Shown: positions 1 to 12,034, numbered from the stretch's first letter. The stretch: DNA of 48,581 nt from Pseudoduganella sp. (GCA_039593645.1 JBCNOX010000001.1:1-48581); one strand, 5' to 3'. The notes: generated from the letters alone by a model not told the origin. Program-made: numbers and translations.

Positions 1-309
<309 letters not shown>

Positions 310-473
310 CTAGTTGGAGTGTCTGGTATATGGGTGCGGACTGGAATGCGACAAGTCCGGGCCCAAGCAAACCGAAATTATATGCGAAGCGTGCATTTCA
401 CATGTACCGTGGGGCCGTTTCACCTTGATATGCCTTAGAATAAGCGCAATTATGGAATTTTTGCCTCCAAGCA

Positions 474-2870
474 ATGAGTAAGAAGAGTCAAAAGAGCCAG
501 GAGTCATCTTCTGGTTACACTCGCAATGTCACTGAACGCCAGCCTTTACCCAACCGGCTGGTGCGACTGCTATCGGAGGCGCGCTTCTTCGCGCTGTTTG
601 TCGTCTGCGTCTATTTCATCCTGATCCTGGCCAGCTATAACCGTCTGGACCCGGGCTGGTCGCACAATAATGTGGTGCCCAGAGTGTTCAACCTGGGCGG
701 CCGCGGCGGCGCCTGGCTGTCGGATCTCATGCTGTTCATCTTCGGCTTTTCGGCCTGGTGGTGGTGCGTCTACATGTTGCGCGTGGTGTGGCAGGGCTAT
801 CGCCGCCTGACCAGCAAGTTCGTGCTGGAGAAGGAAGAGGACCCTGAACATAAACAGGTCGGCATGATCCGCCTGGCCGGCTTCGTGCTGATGCTGGTCG
901 GTTCGATGGGCCTGGAATTCCTGCGCCTGTATACCCTGAAGGTGCAGCTGCCGCGCGCGCCGGGCGGCGTGCTCGGTGAGCTGATCGGCCATGGCGCCCA
1001 CGTGGGCCTGGGCTTCACCGGCGCCACGCTGCTGTTGCTGCTGCTGTTCGGTACCGGCTTCAGCCTGTTCTTCCACGTGTCGTGGATGTCGGTGGCGGAG
1101 AAGATCGGCGAAGTGATCGAAATGGCCATCGACTGGGTTCGCGCCCGCATGGAAGACCGCGAGGACCGGCGCCAGGGCGACGTGGCCGTGGTCAAGCGCG
1201 AAGAGAAGGTGGTCAAGGAACGCGTCAAGCACGAGGAAAAGCATCCGAAGCCGGCCGACCTGCCGCCGGATGCGCCGCCGGCGCCTATCGTCAAGATCGA
1301 ACCGCAGATCACCCAGGTGGTGCAGTCCGAGCGCGTGATCAAGGAAAAGCAGGGCACCCTGTTCCAGGAAATCGAGAACACTACGCTGCCGCCGCTGTCG
1401 CTGCTGGACGATGCGCCCCCGCAGCAGGAAACCGTGGCGGTGGAAACGCTGGAGTTCACCAGCCGCCTGATCGAGAAGAAGCTGTCCGACTTCGGCGTGG
1501 AAGCCAAAGTGGTCGCCGCCTATCCGGGCCCGGTCGTGACGCGCTACGAAATCGAGCCGGCCACCGGCGTGAAGGGCAGCCAGATCGTCAACCTGGCGCG
1601 CGACCTGGCGCGTTCGCTCTCGCTGACTTCGATCCGCGTGGTGGAAACCATCCCTGGCAAGAATTACATGGCGCTGGAGCTGCCAAATCCCAAGCGCCAG
1701 ATCGTACGCCTGACCGAGATCCTCGGCTCCAAGGTCTACAACGACAACCATTCGCCACTGACCGTGGCGCTGGGCAAGGACATCGCGGGCAAGCCGGTGG
1801 TTGCCGACCTGGCCAAGATGCCGCACTTGCTGGTGGCGGGTACCACCGGTTCCGGTAAATCGGTGGGTATTAACGCCACCATCCTGTCGCTGCTGTACAA
1901 GGCCGACCCGCACGACGTGCGCATGATCCTGATCGACCCGAAGATGCTGGAAATGTCGGTGTACGAAGGCATTCCGCACCTGCTGGCGCCGGTGGTGACC
2001 GATATGCGCCAGGCCGGCCATGCCCTGAACTGGGCGGTCAACGAAATGGAGCGCCGCTACAAGCTGATGTCCAAGCTGGGCGTGCGTAACCTGGCCGGCT
2101 ATAACGCCAAGATCGCGGAAGCTGAAAAGCGCGAAGAAAAGATTCCGAACCCGTTCTCGATCACGCCCGATGCGCCGGAACCGCTGGAAAAACTGCCAAC
2201 CATCGTCATCATCATCGACGAATTGGCCGACCTGATGATGGTGGTCGGCAAGAAGGTGGAAGAGCTGATCGCCCGTATCGCGCAGAAAGCCCGTGCCGCC
2301 GGCCTGCACTTGATTCTGGCGACCCAGCGCCCATCTGTAGACGTGATTACGGGCCTGATCAAGGCCAATATCCCGACGCGTATTGCGTTCCAGGTATCGT
2401 CCAAGATCGACTCGCGCACCATTCTGGACCAGATGGGCGCCGAAACCCTGCTGGGCATGGGTGACATGCTGTACATGCCGCCGGGTACCGGCCTGCCGAT
2501 CCGCGTGCACGGCGCCTTCGTATCGGACGATGAAGTGCACCGCGTCGTGAAGCATTTGAAAGCCCAGGGTGAACCGAACTATATCGAGGGCATCCTCGAA
2601 GGCGGCACGCTGGAAGAGGGCGGCGGCGACGGCGCCATGGCAGGTGCCGGTGGCGGCGGGGACGGGGAGGCCGACCCGATGTACGACCAGGCCGTGCAGG
2701 TCGTGCTGAAGCACCGCAAGGCATCGATCTCGCTGGTGCAGCGCCACCTGCGCATTGGCTACAACCGGGCCGCGCGCCTGCTGGAGCAGATGGAAAACAG
2801 CGGCGTTGTGTCGGCCATGCAGTCGAACGGCAACCGCGAAATCATCGCACCTACCGCGTCGGCGGAATAA
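474..2870 (+). CDS. ftsK: DNA translocase FtsK
   Basis: N-terminal TM helices, Walker [33 protein letters not shown], and C-terminal gamma domain [17 protein letters not shown]. Confidence 0.97.
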   Translation: MSKKSQKSQESSSGYTRNVTERQPLPNRLVRLLSEARFFALFVVCVYFILILASYNRLDPGWSHNNVVPRVFNLGGRGGAWLSDLMLFIFGFSAWWWCVYMLRVVWQGYRRLTSKFVLEKEEDPEHKQVGMIRLAGFVLMLVGSMGLEFLRLYTLKVQLPRAPGGVLGELIGHGAHVGLGFTGATLLLLLLFGTGFSLFFHVSWMSVAEKIGEVIEMAIDWVRARMEDREDRRQGDVAVVKREEKVVKERVKHEEKHPKPADLPPDAPPAPIVKIEPQITQVVQSERVIKEKQGTLFQEIENTTLPPLSLLDDAPPQQETVAVETLEFTSRLIEKKLSDFGVEAKVVAAYPGPVVTRYEIEPATGVKGSQIVNLARDLARSLSLTSIRVVETIPGKNYMALELPNPKRQIVRLTEILGSKVYNDNHSPLTVALGKDIAGKPVVADLAKMPHLLVAGTTGSGKSVGINATILSLLYKADPHDVRMILIDPKMLEMSVYEGIPHLLAPVVTDMRQAGHALNWAVNEMERRYKLMSKLGVRNLAGYNAKIAEAEKREEKIPNPFSITPDAPEPLEKLPTIVIIIDELADLMMVVGKKVEELIARIAQKARAAGLHLILATQRPSVDVITGLIKANIPTRIAFQVSSKIDSRTILDQMGAETLLGMGDMLYMPPGTGLPIRVHGAFVSDDEVHRVVKHLKAQGEPNYIEGILEGGTLEEGGGDGAMAGAGGGGDGEADPMYDQAVQVVLKHRKASISLVQRHLRIGYNRAARLLEQMENSGVVSAMQSNGNREIIAPTASAE

Positions 2871-2878
2871 GGAATCCT

Positions 2879-3496
2879 ATGAAGTTCACCAAATCGATGG
2901 CGGCCCTGGCCGCCGGCCTGCTGCTTGCAGGTTCCGCCAGCGCTGCGGCGCTGGACCAGTTCAAGGCTTTCGTGGCCAGCACCAAGGCCGCCAGAGGCGA
3001 GTTCACGCAAAAAGTCGTCGCGCAGGGCAGCAAGGACAAGCTGTCGTCGGGCAGCTTCACCTTCGCCCGTCCGGGAAAGTTCATCTGGACCTACACCAAG
3101 CCATATGACCAGGTGCTGCAGGCCGATGGCGAGCAGCTGTTCATCTACGACAAGGACCTGAACCAGGTCACCGTGCGCAAGCTGGGCGACGCGCTGGGCT
3201 CTTCGCCGGCCGCCATCCTGTTCGGCTCCAACGACCTGGAAAAGAACTTTGCCCTGTCCGAAGCAGGCACCCGCGACGGCCTGGAATGGCTGAAAGCCAC
3301 GCCCAAGGCCAAGGATTCCAGCTTCGAGCAAATCCAGATCGGCCTGAAGGACGGCGTGCCGGAAGCGATGGAACTGAAAGACAGCTTCGGCCAGACTTCC
3401 ATCCTGTCGTTCAAGAAGTTTGAAAAAAATCCAGCGCTGAATGCAACGTCCTTTAAATTTGTCATGCCTAAGGGTGCGGACGTCATCAACAATTAG
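2879..3496 (+). CDS. lolA: Outer-membrane lipoprotein chaperone LolA
   Basis: Signal peptide, FARPGKFIW motif, YDKDLNQVT; directly after ftsK. Confidence 0.95.
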   Translation: MKFTKSMAALAAGLLLAGSASAAALDQFKAFVASTKAARGEFTQKVVAQGSKDKLSSGSFTFARPGKFIWTYTKPYDQVLQADGEQLFIYDKDLNQVTVRKLGDALGSSPAAILFGSNDLEKNFALSEAGTRDGLEWLKATPKAKDSSFEQIQIGLKDGVPEAMELKDSFGQTSILSFKKFEKNPALNATSFKFVMPKGADVINN

Positions 3497-3498
3497 GC

Positions 3499-4278
3499 AT
3501 GAAGATTTACCTGACAGTGCTGGCGCTGGCGTGCAATGCCGTCGACTCTTTTGCCGCGGATTTCGGCAAGGACGAACTGGTGCGCGAAGACCGCCTGGTC
3601 TACGAAAAAAGCTTCTCCCAGGCCGAGGTGGAGCGCCTCAAGCTCCTCGTGCCAGCCGCCTTCGAGCGGGTCGGCACTTTTTTTGGCGAGCGAAAAGGCG
3701 TAACGCCTGACATTTACTTCTGTAAAAGCGCGGGATGCGCGCGGTTTCTGCTGGGGCCGGAATTTCGTTCCTACTCCAATAGCAGAGGCGGCCAGCGCTA
3801 TCTGAACGGGGCATTCCTGTTCGAGAACCCCAGTATCGTTGTGACCGCGCTGGCCAGTCACCCTTCCACCAGCAACGAACGCTTGCTGGCGATCTTGAGC
3901 CACGAGTTGTCGCATCTTGAATTCGATGCGCGCACGGCCGGAAGGAGTGTGCCGGCATGGTTCAATGAAGGCTTGGCGAGCATGGTTGGGACCAGGGCCT
4001 GCACACCGGGTGCAACAGGTATCGACGATTTGTCGAGATTGACATCGATGCGGGCCTGGCTCCGCTACACGCGCGTGCCCAGCAGCCAGAGTCACGCGAC
4101 ATATTGCCAGGCCAAGGCCGAAGTTGAGGCATGGGCGGTGCGGCATGGCGGTCCCAAAGGAATCGTCGACCTGCTGGACTCCCTGCGGGACAAGGACTTC
4201 GCGTCCCAGTACGGTCCTATCCTGACCCGGCCGCTGCCGACCATTAACCCTACGGGCGCAAGAGAAAATGACCGCTGA
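3499..4278 (+). CDS. Putative secreted zincin (peptidase MA-like) protein
   Basis: Signal-peptide-like N-terminus, HELSH (HExxH) followed by PAWFNEGLA. Starts 2 nt after the lolA stop and overlaps the rarA start by 11 nt. Confidence 0.65.
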   Translation: MKIYLTVLALACNAVDSFAADFGKDELVREDRLVYEKSFSQAEVERLKLLVPAAFERVGTFFGERKGVTPDIYFCKSAGCARFLLGPEFRSYSNSRGGQRYLNGAFLFENPSIVVTALASHPSTSNERLLAILSHELSHLEFDARTAGRSVPAWFNEGLASMVGTRACTPGATGIDDLSRLTSMRAWLRYTRVPSSQSHATYCQAKAEVEAWAVRHGGPKGIVDLLDSLRDKDFASQYGPILTRPLPTINPTGARENDR

Positions 4279-5575
4279 CCTGTTCGCACCGGAACCCACC
4301 CCGCCACTGGCCGAAGCACTGCGCCCGCACAGCGTGGCGGACGTGATCGGCCAGAGCCACCTGCTGGGCGAGGGTAAGCCACTGAACCTGCTGTTCAAGT
4401 CGGGCAAGCCGCATTCGATGATCCTGTGGGGGCCGCCCGGCGTGGGCAAGACCACGCTGGCCCGGCTGTCCGCGCGCGCCTTCGACTGCGAGTTCATTGC
4501 CATTTCTGCCGTGCTGGGCGGGGTCAAGGACATCCGCGCCGCGATTGAACAGGCGGAGCAGTTTGTCGCCAATGGCAAGCAGACCATCCTGTTCATCGAC
4601 GAGATCCACCGTTTCAACAAGGCGCAGCAGGATGCACTGTTGCCTTACGTCGAATCCGGCCTGGTCACCCTGATCGGCGCCACTACCGAAAACCCTTCGT
4701 TCGAAGTCAATTCCGCACTGCTGTCACGCGCCCAGGTCTATGTGCTGAAGGCGCTGACGGAAGAAGAGATGCGCCAGCTGCTGGCGCGCGCCAGGGAACG
4801 CGCCATGCCGGACCTGGACTTCGACGAACTGGCCATCGATACCCTGATCGGCTATGCCGACGGCGATGCACGCCGCTTCCTGAATCTGCTGGAGCAGACC
4901 AAGACCGCTGCCGCCACCGCGCGCACCAACAAGGTTACCGGCGAATTCGTGCAGAACGCGCTGACCCTGAACGCGCGCCGCTTCGACAAAGGCGGCGACA
5001 ATTTCTACGACCAGATCTCGGCCCTGCATAAATCCGTGCGCGGCTCCAATCCGGATGGTGCGCTGTACTGGTTCTGCCGCATGATCGACGGCGGCGCCGA
5101 CCCGCGCTACCTGGCGCGCCGTATCGTGCGCATGGCGTGGGAGGACATCGGCCTGGCCGACCCGCGCGCCCTGACCATGGTCAACGACGCCGCCGAAACC
5201 TATGAGCGACTCGGTTCGCCGGAAGGGGAGCTGGCGCTGGCCCAGGCCGTGATCTACCTTGCGGTCGCAGCCAAGAGCAATGCCGGCTATAACGCCTACA
5301 ACGCCGCCATGGCCTTCGTCCGCCGCGACAAGTCGCGCGAAGTGCCGGTCCACCTGCGCAATGCCCCAACCAAGTTGATGAAGGAACTGGGCTACGGCCA
5401 CGAATACCGCTACGCCCACGACGAGCCGGATGCATACGCGGCAGGCGAAACGTACCTGCCGGATGGCATGGCCGAACCAGGCTGGTACCAGCCGGTCCCG
5501 CGCGGCCTGGAATCCAAGATCGCCGACAAGCTGGCCTTCCTGCGCAAGCTGGATGAAGAAGCGCGCAAGGGTTGA
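4268..5575 (+). CDS. rarA: Replication-associated recombination protein A (MgsA/RarA AAA+ ATPase)
   Basis: PLAEALRP, GPPGVGKTT, FIDEIHRFNKAQQD, GATTENPSF, SALHKSVRGS. Confidence 0.96.
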   Translation: MTADLFAPEPTPPLAEALRPHSVADVIGQSHLLGEGKPLNLLFKSGKPHSMILWGPPGVGKTTLARLSARAFDCEFIAISAVLGGVKDIRAAIEQAEQFVANGKQTILFIDEIHRFNKAQQDALLPYVESGLVTLIGATTENPSFEVNSALLSRAQVYVLKALTEEEMRQLLARARERAMPDLDFDELAIDTLIGYADGDARRFLNLLEQTKTAAATARTNKVTGEFVQNALTLNARRFDKGGDNFYDQISALHKSVRGSNPDGALYWFCRMIDGGADPRYLARRIVRMAWEDIGLADPRALTMVNDAAETYERLGSPEGELALAQAVIYLAVAAKSNAGYNAYNAAMAFVRRDKSREVPVHLRNAPTKLMKELGYGHEYRYAHDEPDAYAAGETYLPDGMAEPGWYQPVPRGLESKIADKLAFLRKLDEEARKG

Positions 5576-5579
5576 TTGC

Positions 5580-5608
5580 TTGACAATTTAGGACGAGTGT
5601 CCTACGCT
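5580..5608 (+). promoter_or_regulatory. Sigma70 promoter with a TetR-type palindromic operator in the spacer
   Basis: TTGACA (5580-5585), 17-nt spacer, TACGCT (5603-5608). Palindrome TAGGAC-GAGT-GTCCTA at 5589-5604. The tetR ATG lies 7 nt after the -10. Confidence 0.7.
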
Positions 5609-5615
5609 TGTCGGC

Positions 5616-6194
5616 ATGACTAAACAAGCAACAGACACCCGCGAACGCATCGTCGAAACAGCCGACCGGCTGTTCTATGAAAACGGCTATGGGCACACCA
5701 GCTTCGCCGATATTGCTGCCGCGGTGGAGCTCTCGCGCGGCAATTTCTACTACCACTTCAAGACGAAGGACGAGATCCTTGCGGCCGTGATCGAACTGCG
5801 CCGCAAGAAAACGCAAGCGATGCTCGATGCCTGGACTGCGGAAGCCGCGCAGCCGGCCGCGCGCATTGGCCGCTTCATCGACATGATGGCGATGAACGCG
5901 GCCGCGATCCGCCGTAATGGCTGCCCGGTCGGCACACTATGCACCGAACTGGCCAAGCTCGAGCATCCCGCTCTGCCACAGGCGAACAACCTGTTCACGC
6001 TGTTCCGCGACTGGCTGCGCGCGCAGTTCGGGCAGCTCGGCGCCAAAAGCGCTGCCGATGCCGATGGCCTGGCCATGCACCTGCTGGCTCGCAGCCAGGG
6101 CATCGCCACCCTGGCCAATGCCTTTGACGACGGTGCATTCATCAAGCACGAGGTTTCGCAACTACACACATGGCTGGACGCCATTGCCAATTAA
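5616..6194 (+). CDS. TetR/AcrR family regulator (NemR-like)
   Basis: N-terminal HTH TSFADIAAAVELSRGNFYYHFKTKDEI and a GCP motif in the C-terminal domain. Confidence 0.9.
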   Translation: MTKQATDTRERIVETADRLFYENGYGHTSFADIAAAVELSRGNFYYHFKTKDEILAAVIELRRKKTQAMLDAWTAEAAQPAARIGRFIDMMAMNAAAIRRNGCPVGTLCTELAKLEHPALPQANNLFTLFRDWLRAQFGQLGAKSAADADGLAMHLLARSQGIATLANAFDDGAFIKHEVSQLHTWLDAIAN

Positions 6195-6204
6195 AGGAGG
6201 ATTC

Positions 6205-6495
6205 ATGTTTGTCGTATCGCTCAAATTGACCGGCAGCCGCGAACAGGCCGCGCCATGGTTGGCGGCACATAAGGACTGGCTGCAAGCCGGCTTTGACGAC
6301 GGCGTATTTCTCGCGGCGGGTAACCTACTGGACCAGCCGGGCGGCGGCATCCTCGTGCATGGGCTGGACGACGCCGCCTTGCGCGAGCGCCTGGCGCAAG
6401 ACCCGTTTGTCGCCAACGGGCTGGTCGAAGTGGAGCTGCGTGGTTTCACGCCAGCGAAGACCGATGCTCGGCTGCAATTTTTATTGCCCGCGTAA
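6205..6495 (+). CDS. YciI family protein
   Basis: AAGGAGG RBS then ATG at 6205: MFVVSLKL...AHKDWLQAGFDDGVFLAAG...GGGI...DPFVANG (His and DPF motifs). The ORF track over-extends the start to 5917. Confidence 0.8.
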   Translation: MFVVSLKLTGSREQAAPWLAAHKDWLQAGFDDGVFLAAGNLLDQPGGGILVHGLDDAALRERLAQDPFVANGLVEVELRGFTPAKTDARLQFLLPA

Positions 6496-6572
6496 GAGAA
6501 GCCCCTAAGGGAAGCGTTTACATTTCAATTGTCCAACGTTAGGATGTTGTAAATTATTTAACGGAGTGCGGA

Positions 6573-7313
6573 ATGACGGAGCGTCTGACAGTCGATGGAG
6601 TGACCGTTCATGTGGAAGGCGAGGGCGAAGATGCCATCATGATGATTCATGGCTGGCCCTACGACCGTAGCCTGTGGGACGCCCAGGTTGCCGCCTTCTC
6701 CGCCAGCTATCGCTGCGTACGTTTCAGCTTCCCCAACCAGGGCGCCAAGGGCAGCCATACTATTGATGAAGTGTCAAAACTCTACGCCGATACCGTGCAT
6801 GCCGTGAATGGCGGCCGCCCCGTGATCCTGATGCTGAGTGACTGGGGCTGCGTCTTTGGCTACCAGTTCGCGCTGCGCTATCCGGAGCTGGTGAGCCGGG
6901 TGATCAGCGTCGGCATTGGCGGCTCGAGCCAGATGACTTACCGCGCCTCGCTGGACTGGAAGACCCGCCTGCGCCTGGCGTTTGCCCATCGCCGCCTGGA
7001 AGCATCCAGCGGCAGCAGCCGCGCCGCGCGCGAAGCCTGCAACCGCCTGCAATTGCCCCACGCGATCACATGGCTGCGCGCCAGCAAACCTGCGGTCGGC
7101 GCGCTGCCGTTCAAGCTGCGCTGGCCCATGCTGTACATCTACGGCAAGCGCAAGCCATTCCCGTTCCATACCCGCAGTTTTGAGGCGGCCGTGCAGTCCA
7201 AACCGGACAGCCGCGTGATTGCCTTCCGCAGTGGCCACTGGGTGATGCGCGAAGAGCCGGAAGCCTTTAATAGCGCTGTGATGGGATGGCTGGAGCAGGG
7301 TCGCGCAGTCTGA
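6573..7313 (+). CDS. Alpha/beta fold hydrolase (epoxide hydrolase-like)
   Basis: HGWP oxyanion motif, SDWG Asp-nucleophile elbow, C-terminal GHW catalytic His. Confidence 0.8.
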   Translation: MTERLTVDGVTVHVEGEGEDAIMMIHGWPYDRSLWDAQVAAFSASYRCVRFSFPNQGAKGSHTIDEVSKLYADTVHAVNGGRPVILMLSDWGCVFGYQFALRYPELVSRVISVGIGGSSQMTYRASLDWKTRLRLAFAHRRLEASSGSSRAAREACNRLQLPHAITWLRASKPAVGALPFKLRWPMLYIYGKRKPFPFHTRSFEAAVQSKPDSRVIAFRSGHWVMREEPEAFNSAVMGWLEQGRAV

Positions 7314-7450
7314 AGCAGGCCGGCGAATCTGCATTTCATCCCGTGATTTTTGCGCTTCGTCGCAAGTGCAAGGCAGGGCAGGGAGGCTTTAGGTACAGTG
7401 TAACCATGGAAGCACGGAAGTAGTTCAACACTGACCTGAAGGAGAGCATC

Positions 7451-9035
<1,585 letters not shown>

Positions 9036-9045
9036 AGTTGAAAAT

Positions 9046-9078
9046 AGCCCTTCCTTTTTTCGGAAGGGCTGCTATAAT
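9046..9078 (+). promoter_or_regulatory. Hairpin after serS abutting the extended -10 promoter of the tRNA
   Basis: AGCCCTTCC/GGAAGGGCT stem at 9046-9070, then TG-c-TATAAT at 9070-9078, about 40 nt upstream of the tRNA. Confidence 0.6.
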
Positions 9079-9117
9079 CTTGGCTCTCAACGGCGACCAC
9101 CGTTAAATGCAGTACCT

Positions 9118-9216
<99 letters not shown>

Positions 9217-9225
<9 letters not shown>

Positions 9226-9281
9226 CATCAGCCAGAGCGCGCTCAAGATCGCGCTCTGTGCAGATGGGGCTTTTTCTTTTT
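9217..9281. terminator. Long bidirectional intrinsic terminator-like hairpin after the tRNA
   Basis: AAAAAGCCCCATC...GATGGGGCTTTTT outer stem, CAGAGCGCG/CGCGCTCTG inner stem and a T tract; lies between the convergent tRNA and arsH. Confidence 0.75.
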
Positions 9282-9293
9282 ACTCGCCGGAAT

Positions 9294-10005
9294 TCAAAGG
9301 CGAGCAATCTGCTGATTGATCTTTGCCTTGGCGCGTTCGTTTCGCTCGCTATAGCGGTTGGTCCGATACTCAGTGCGGCCGCGCATCAACAACGTCATTT
9401 TGACCAGCTCCTCCATGACATCCACCACGCGGTCGTAGTAGGCGGAAGGGCGCATGCGCCCGGCTTCATCAAACTCCTTGTATGCCATTGGAACCGAGGA
9501 TTGATTGGGGATCGTGAACATGCGCATCCAGCGGCCGAGCAATCGCAGTGTATTGACCACGTTGAATGACTGTGAGCCTCCGCAAACCTGCATCACGGCC
9601 AGCGTGCGCCCTTGACTTGGTCGCACGGCGCCTTGCTCCAATGGTATCCAGTCGATCTGGTTCTTCATCACCGCAGTAATCGCGCCATGGCGCTCGGGAC
9701 TGCACCATACCTGGCCTTCCGACCATAGGCAAAGCTCGCGCAGTTCACGCACTTTCGGATGATCCTCAGGAACACTGCCCACCATCGGCAGTTCCATCGG
9801 ATCGAAGATCTTTACCTCGGCGCCGAAGTGCTCAAGGATCCGCGCAGCCTCATAAGTCAGGAAACGGCTGAAAGACCGCTCGCGCAGGGAGCCGTACAGC
9901 ATCACGATGCGCGGCGGATGGGCAAGATCTCTCCGGTGCAAGCTTTTCGATGCTGGGAATATCCAGCAAGTCAGCCTGGATGTTTGGCAGGTCACCGATG
10001 GTCAT
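9294..10005 (-). pseudogene. arsH: Arsenical resistance protein ArsH (NADPH-dependent FMN reductase fold) with a frameshift near the 5' end
   Basis: Body has [38 protein letters not shown]. The natural N-terminus [24 protein letters not shown] (ATG 10005) is in another frame; the 712-nt span is not a multiple of 3. Confidence 0.8.
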
Positions 10006-10008
10006 GCG

Positions 10009-10734
10009 TTAGTCCGTTACTGATTGGTTGGCGAATGCGCTCGGCGCGACAGTGCCCCCAACAGTGGCGTCAGCGGGCGGTGCGGGGTAGAGCCAGGTGA
10101 AAAGCAGGGTTGCGGCCGTGGCGCCAAGTAACTGTGCGATGATGAATCCGGGCACGTCGGCCGGGCGAATACCGGCGAAGGTGTCCGTCGCTGCCCGCGC
10201 CAAAGTTACTGCGGGATTGGCGAACGAGGTCGAGGCGGTGAACCAGTAAGCGGAAGTAATGTAAGCCGCTACGGCGAATGGCGTGATTGAAGGGCGGCTG
10301 CGTGAGCAGCCGATAATCACGCCTATGAGTCCGAATGTTGCTACAAACTCGCTCCACCATTGGGCCGCACCACTGCGAACGTGCGCCGAGGCGAAGAAGG
10401 CGGGTTCACTAAACATCGCGTGGGCAGCCATAACGCCGGCAAATGCACCCGCGGTCTGCGCGGCAATATAGGGCAATACCTCGCCGGCAGGAACGTTTCG
10501 TTGCCATGCTTCGGACAGCGTGACCACAGGATTGAAGTGCGCGCCCGAGATGGTGCCGAACATCAGGATCAGTGCGACCAGGCCTGCGCCGGTCGCGATC
10601 GTGTTGGCCAGCAGCGCAATCGCCACGTTGCCGCCTGCAAGGCGCTCGGCCATGATGCCGGAACCCACGACCACGGCCAGCAGCAGGGCGGTGCCAAGAG
10701 CCTCCGAGACTATGCGTCGGGAAAACGTCATCAC
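10009..10734 (-). CDS. MIP-family aquaglyceroporin (AqpS-like arsenite channel)
   Basis: SGAHFNPVVT and SFANPAVT signature loops, hydrophobic helices, position within an ars operon. Confidence 0.88.
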   Translation of the reverse strand: MMTFSRRIVSEALGTALLLAVVVGSGIMAERLAGGNVAIALLANTIATGAGLVALILMFGTISGAHFNPVVTLSEAWQRNVPAGEVLPYIAAQTAGAFAGVMAAHAMFSEPAFFASAHVRSGAAQWWSEFVATFGLIGVIIGCSRSRPSITPFAVAAYITSAYWFTASTSFANPAVTLARAATDTFAGIRPADVPGFIIAQLLGATAATLLFTWLYPAPPADATVGGTVAPSAFANQSVTD

Positions 10735-11207
10735 ATTACTTCGCCGATGCGGTCCAGCTCCGCCTTCATGCGGGCGCGGTCATGCTTGATTTCTTCCAGC
10801 GGCAACGCGAAGAACGCCTCGATGCGCTTGCGCAGGATGCGGTAGGCAGTCATGAAGGCTGCATCAATTTCTTCGTCCGTACCGGTTGCGTGGGCCGGGT
10901 CTTCCACGCCCCAGTGCGCGCGCAATACAGGGCCAAGATAGGCAGGACAGGTCTCGCCGGCGGCGCTGCCGCAGACCGTGATGACGATGTCCGGTGTCAC
11001 CGGAAGATTGTCCCAGGATTTGCTGTGGTAGCCCTCGGTGGAGATGCCTTCACGATGGAGCAAGGCGAGTGAGCGTGGGTGGACGTAGCCAGCGGGCTTG
11101 CTGCCAGCGCTGATGGCATGCCAGCCAGCTGGCGCCAGGTGGTTGAAAGTGGCTTCGCCGAGAATGGAGCGGCAGGAATTACCAGTGCAGAGGATCAGGA
11201 CGTTCAT
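10731..11207 (-). CDS. arsC: Arsenate reductase, LMW-PTPase fold (thioredoxin-type)
   Basis: CTGNSCRS P-loop, resolving Cys in ITVCGSAAGETCP, HWGVEDPA. Confidence 0.92.
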   Translation of the reverse strand: MNVLILCTGNSCRSILGEATFNHLAPAGWHAISAGSKPAGYVHPRSLALLHREGISTEGYHSKSWDNLPVTPDIVITVCGSAAGETCPAYLGPVLRAHWGVEDPAHATGTDEEIDAAFMTAYRILRKRIEAFFALPLEEIKHDRARMKAELDRIGEVM

Positions 11208-11527
11208 GGTTTGCAGGATTTGTTGGGGGATGGCGAGCAGCTTTCGCCGCCGCAGCAGTTTTCAGTCAGGAAGGAGAGCACACTGTTCATGGTGTCGAAG
11301 TTGGCGCTGTAGATGATGAAGCGGCCTTCCTGCCGTGCTTCAATGAGGCCGGCGTTGGTCAGTTCCTTCAGATGAAAGGAAAGCGAGGACGGGGCGATAT
11401 CCAGTTGCTCGCCGATCTTGCTGGCGGCAAGGCCCTGAGGACCGGTCTGGACCAGCAGTCGAAATGCGTTGAGCCTCGACTCCTGTGCCAGGGCGGCAAG
11501 GGCAGCGATGACGGTTTTGGTTTTCAT
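11204..11527 (-). CDS. arsR: ArsR family repressor with C-terminal vicinal Cys site
   Basis: ALAQESRL, SSLSFHLKEL HTH, LTENCCGGESC (C-terminal As(III) site of the A. ferrooxidans ArsR type). Confidence 0.92.
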   Translation of the reverse strand: MKTKTVIAALAALAQESRLNAFRLLVQTGPQGLAASKIGEQLDIAPSSLSFHLKELTNAGLIEARQEGRFIIYSANFDTMNSVLSFLTENCCGGESCSPSPNKSCKP

Positions 11528-11583
11528 GAATGTGCGACTTGTGACTTTTGCTCAGTTTGCCGATTATGGCATCTTTGTACGAC

Positions 11584-11655
11584 ATTTCAAAGAATATCGA
11601 ATTATCTTGACAGCTTGATGACATGCGAATTATTCTTCGTTCGTCGATGATCGAA
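11584..11655. promoter_or_regulatory. Two ArsR-type operator palindromes in the divergent promoter region
   Basis: TTCA-N8-CGAA at 11586-11601 and TTCG-N8-CGAA at 11640-11655, with a TTGACA between them. Confidence 0.55.
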
Positions 11656-11659
11656 TGAG

Positions 11660-11977
11660 ATGGGTATGATCAGTTGTTGTGGCGAGAAATCGGATGGAGC
11701 GCTGCCGACGGTAGCTGCCGACGAGGTGGCCAAGCTTTGCAAAGCACTGGCCCATCCGGCACGCGTCCAGTTGCTGTGCTACCTGGCGTCGTACGGGGCA
11801 TGCTACTTTGGTAACCTCGCGGATGTGCTGCCGCTTTCGCCCTCCACCATCTCCCAGCACGTCACCATTCTCAAGGAGGCGGGACTGATTCTTGGCTCAT
11901 CCGATGCACAACGAGTGTGCTATTGCGTCAACCCCGAACGGATCGGACAGCTTAAACAGCTGATCAATGCCCTCTGA
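11660..11977 (+). CDS. arsR: Second ArsR/SmtB family regulator
   Basis: KALAHPAR, STISQHVTILKEAGLI. Cys-rich: N-terminal SCCG, GACY, VCYC. Start could be a later ATG. Confidence 0.85.
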   Translation: MGMISCCGEKSDGALPTVAADEVAKLCKALAHPARVQLLCYLASYGACYFGNLADVLPLSPSTISQHVTILKEAGLILGSSDAQRVCYCVNPERIGQLKQLINAL

Positions 11978-11997
11978 GGGCATTTTTTTGAAAAACA

Positions 11998-12019
11998 TTA
12001 TTCGTAATTCGCCGAATAA
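11998..12019. promoter_or_regulatory. Perfect palindromic operator upstream of the GNAT-monooxygenase gene
   Basis: TTATTCG-N8-CGAATAA immediately 5' of the AAGGAGG RBS. Confidence 0.65.
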
Positions 12020-12034
12020 CAAAGGAGGGTAAGA

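Noticed and set aside
570-2747. 725-aa antisense ORF over ftsK, and similar long shadow ORFs over serS, the fusion gene, oxidase subunit I and GH28
   Set aside because: Typical antisense or alternate-frame ORFs of GC-rich coding DNA, with no motifs and fully overlapping well-supported genes.
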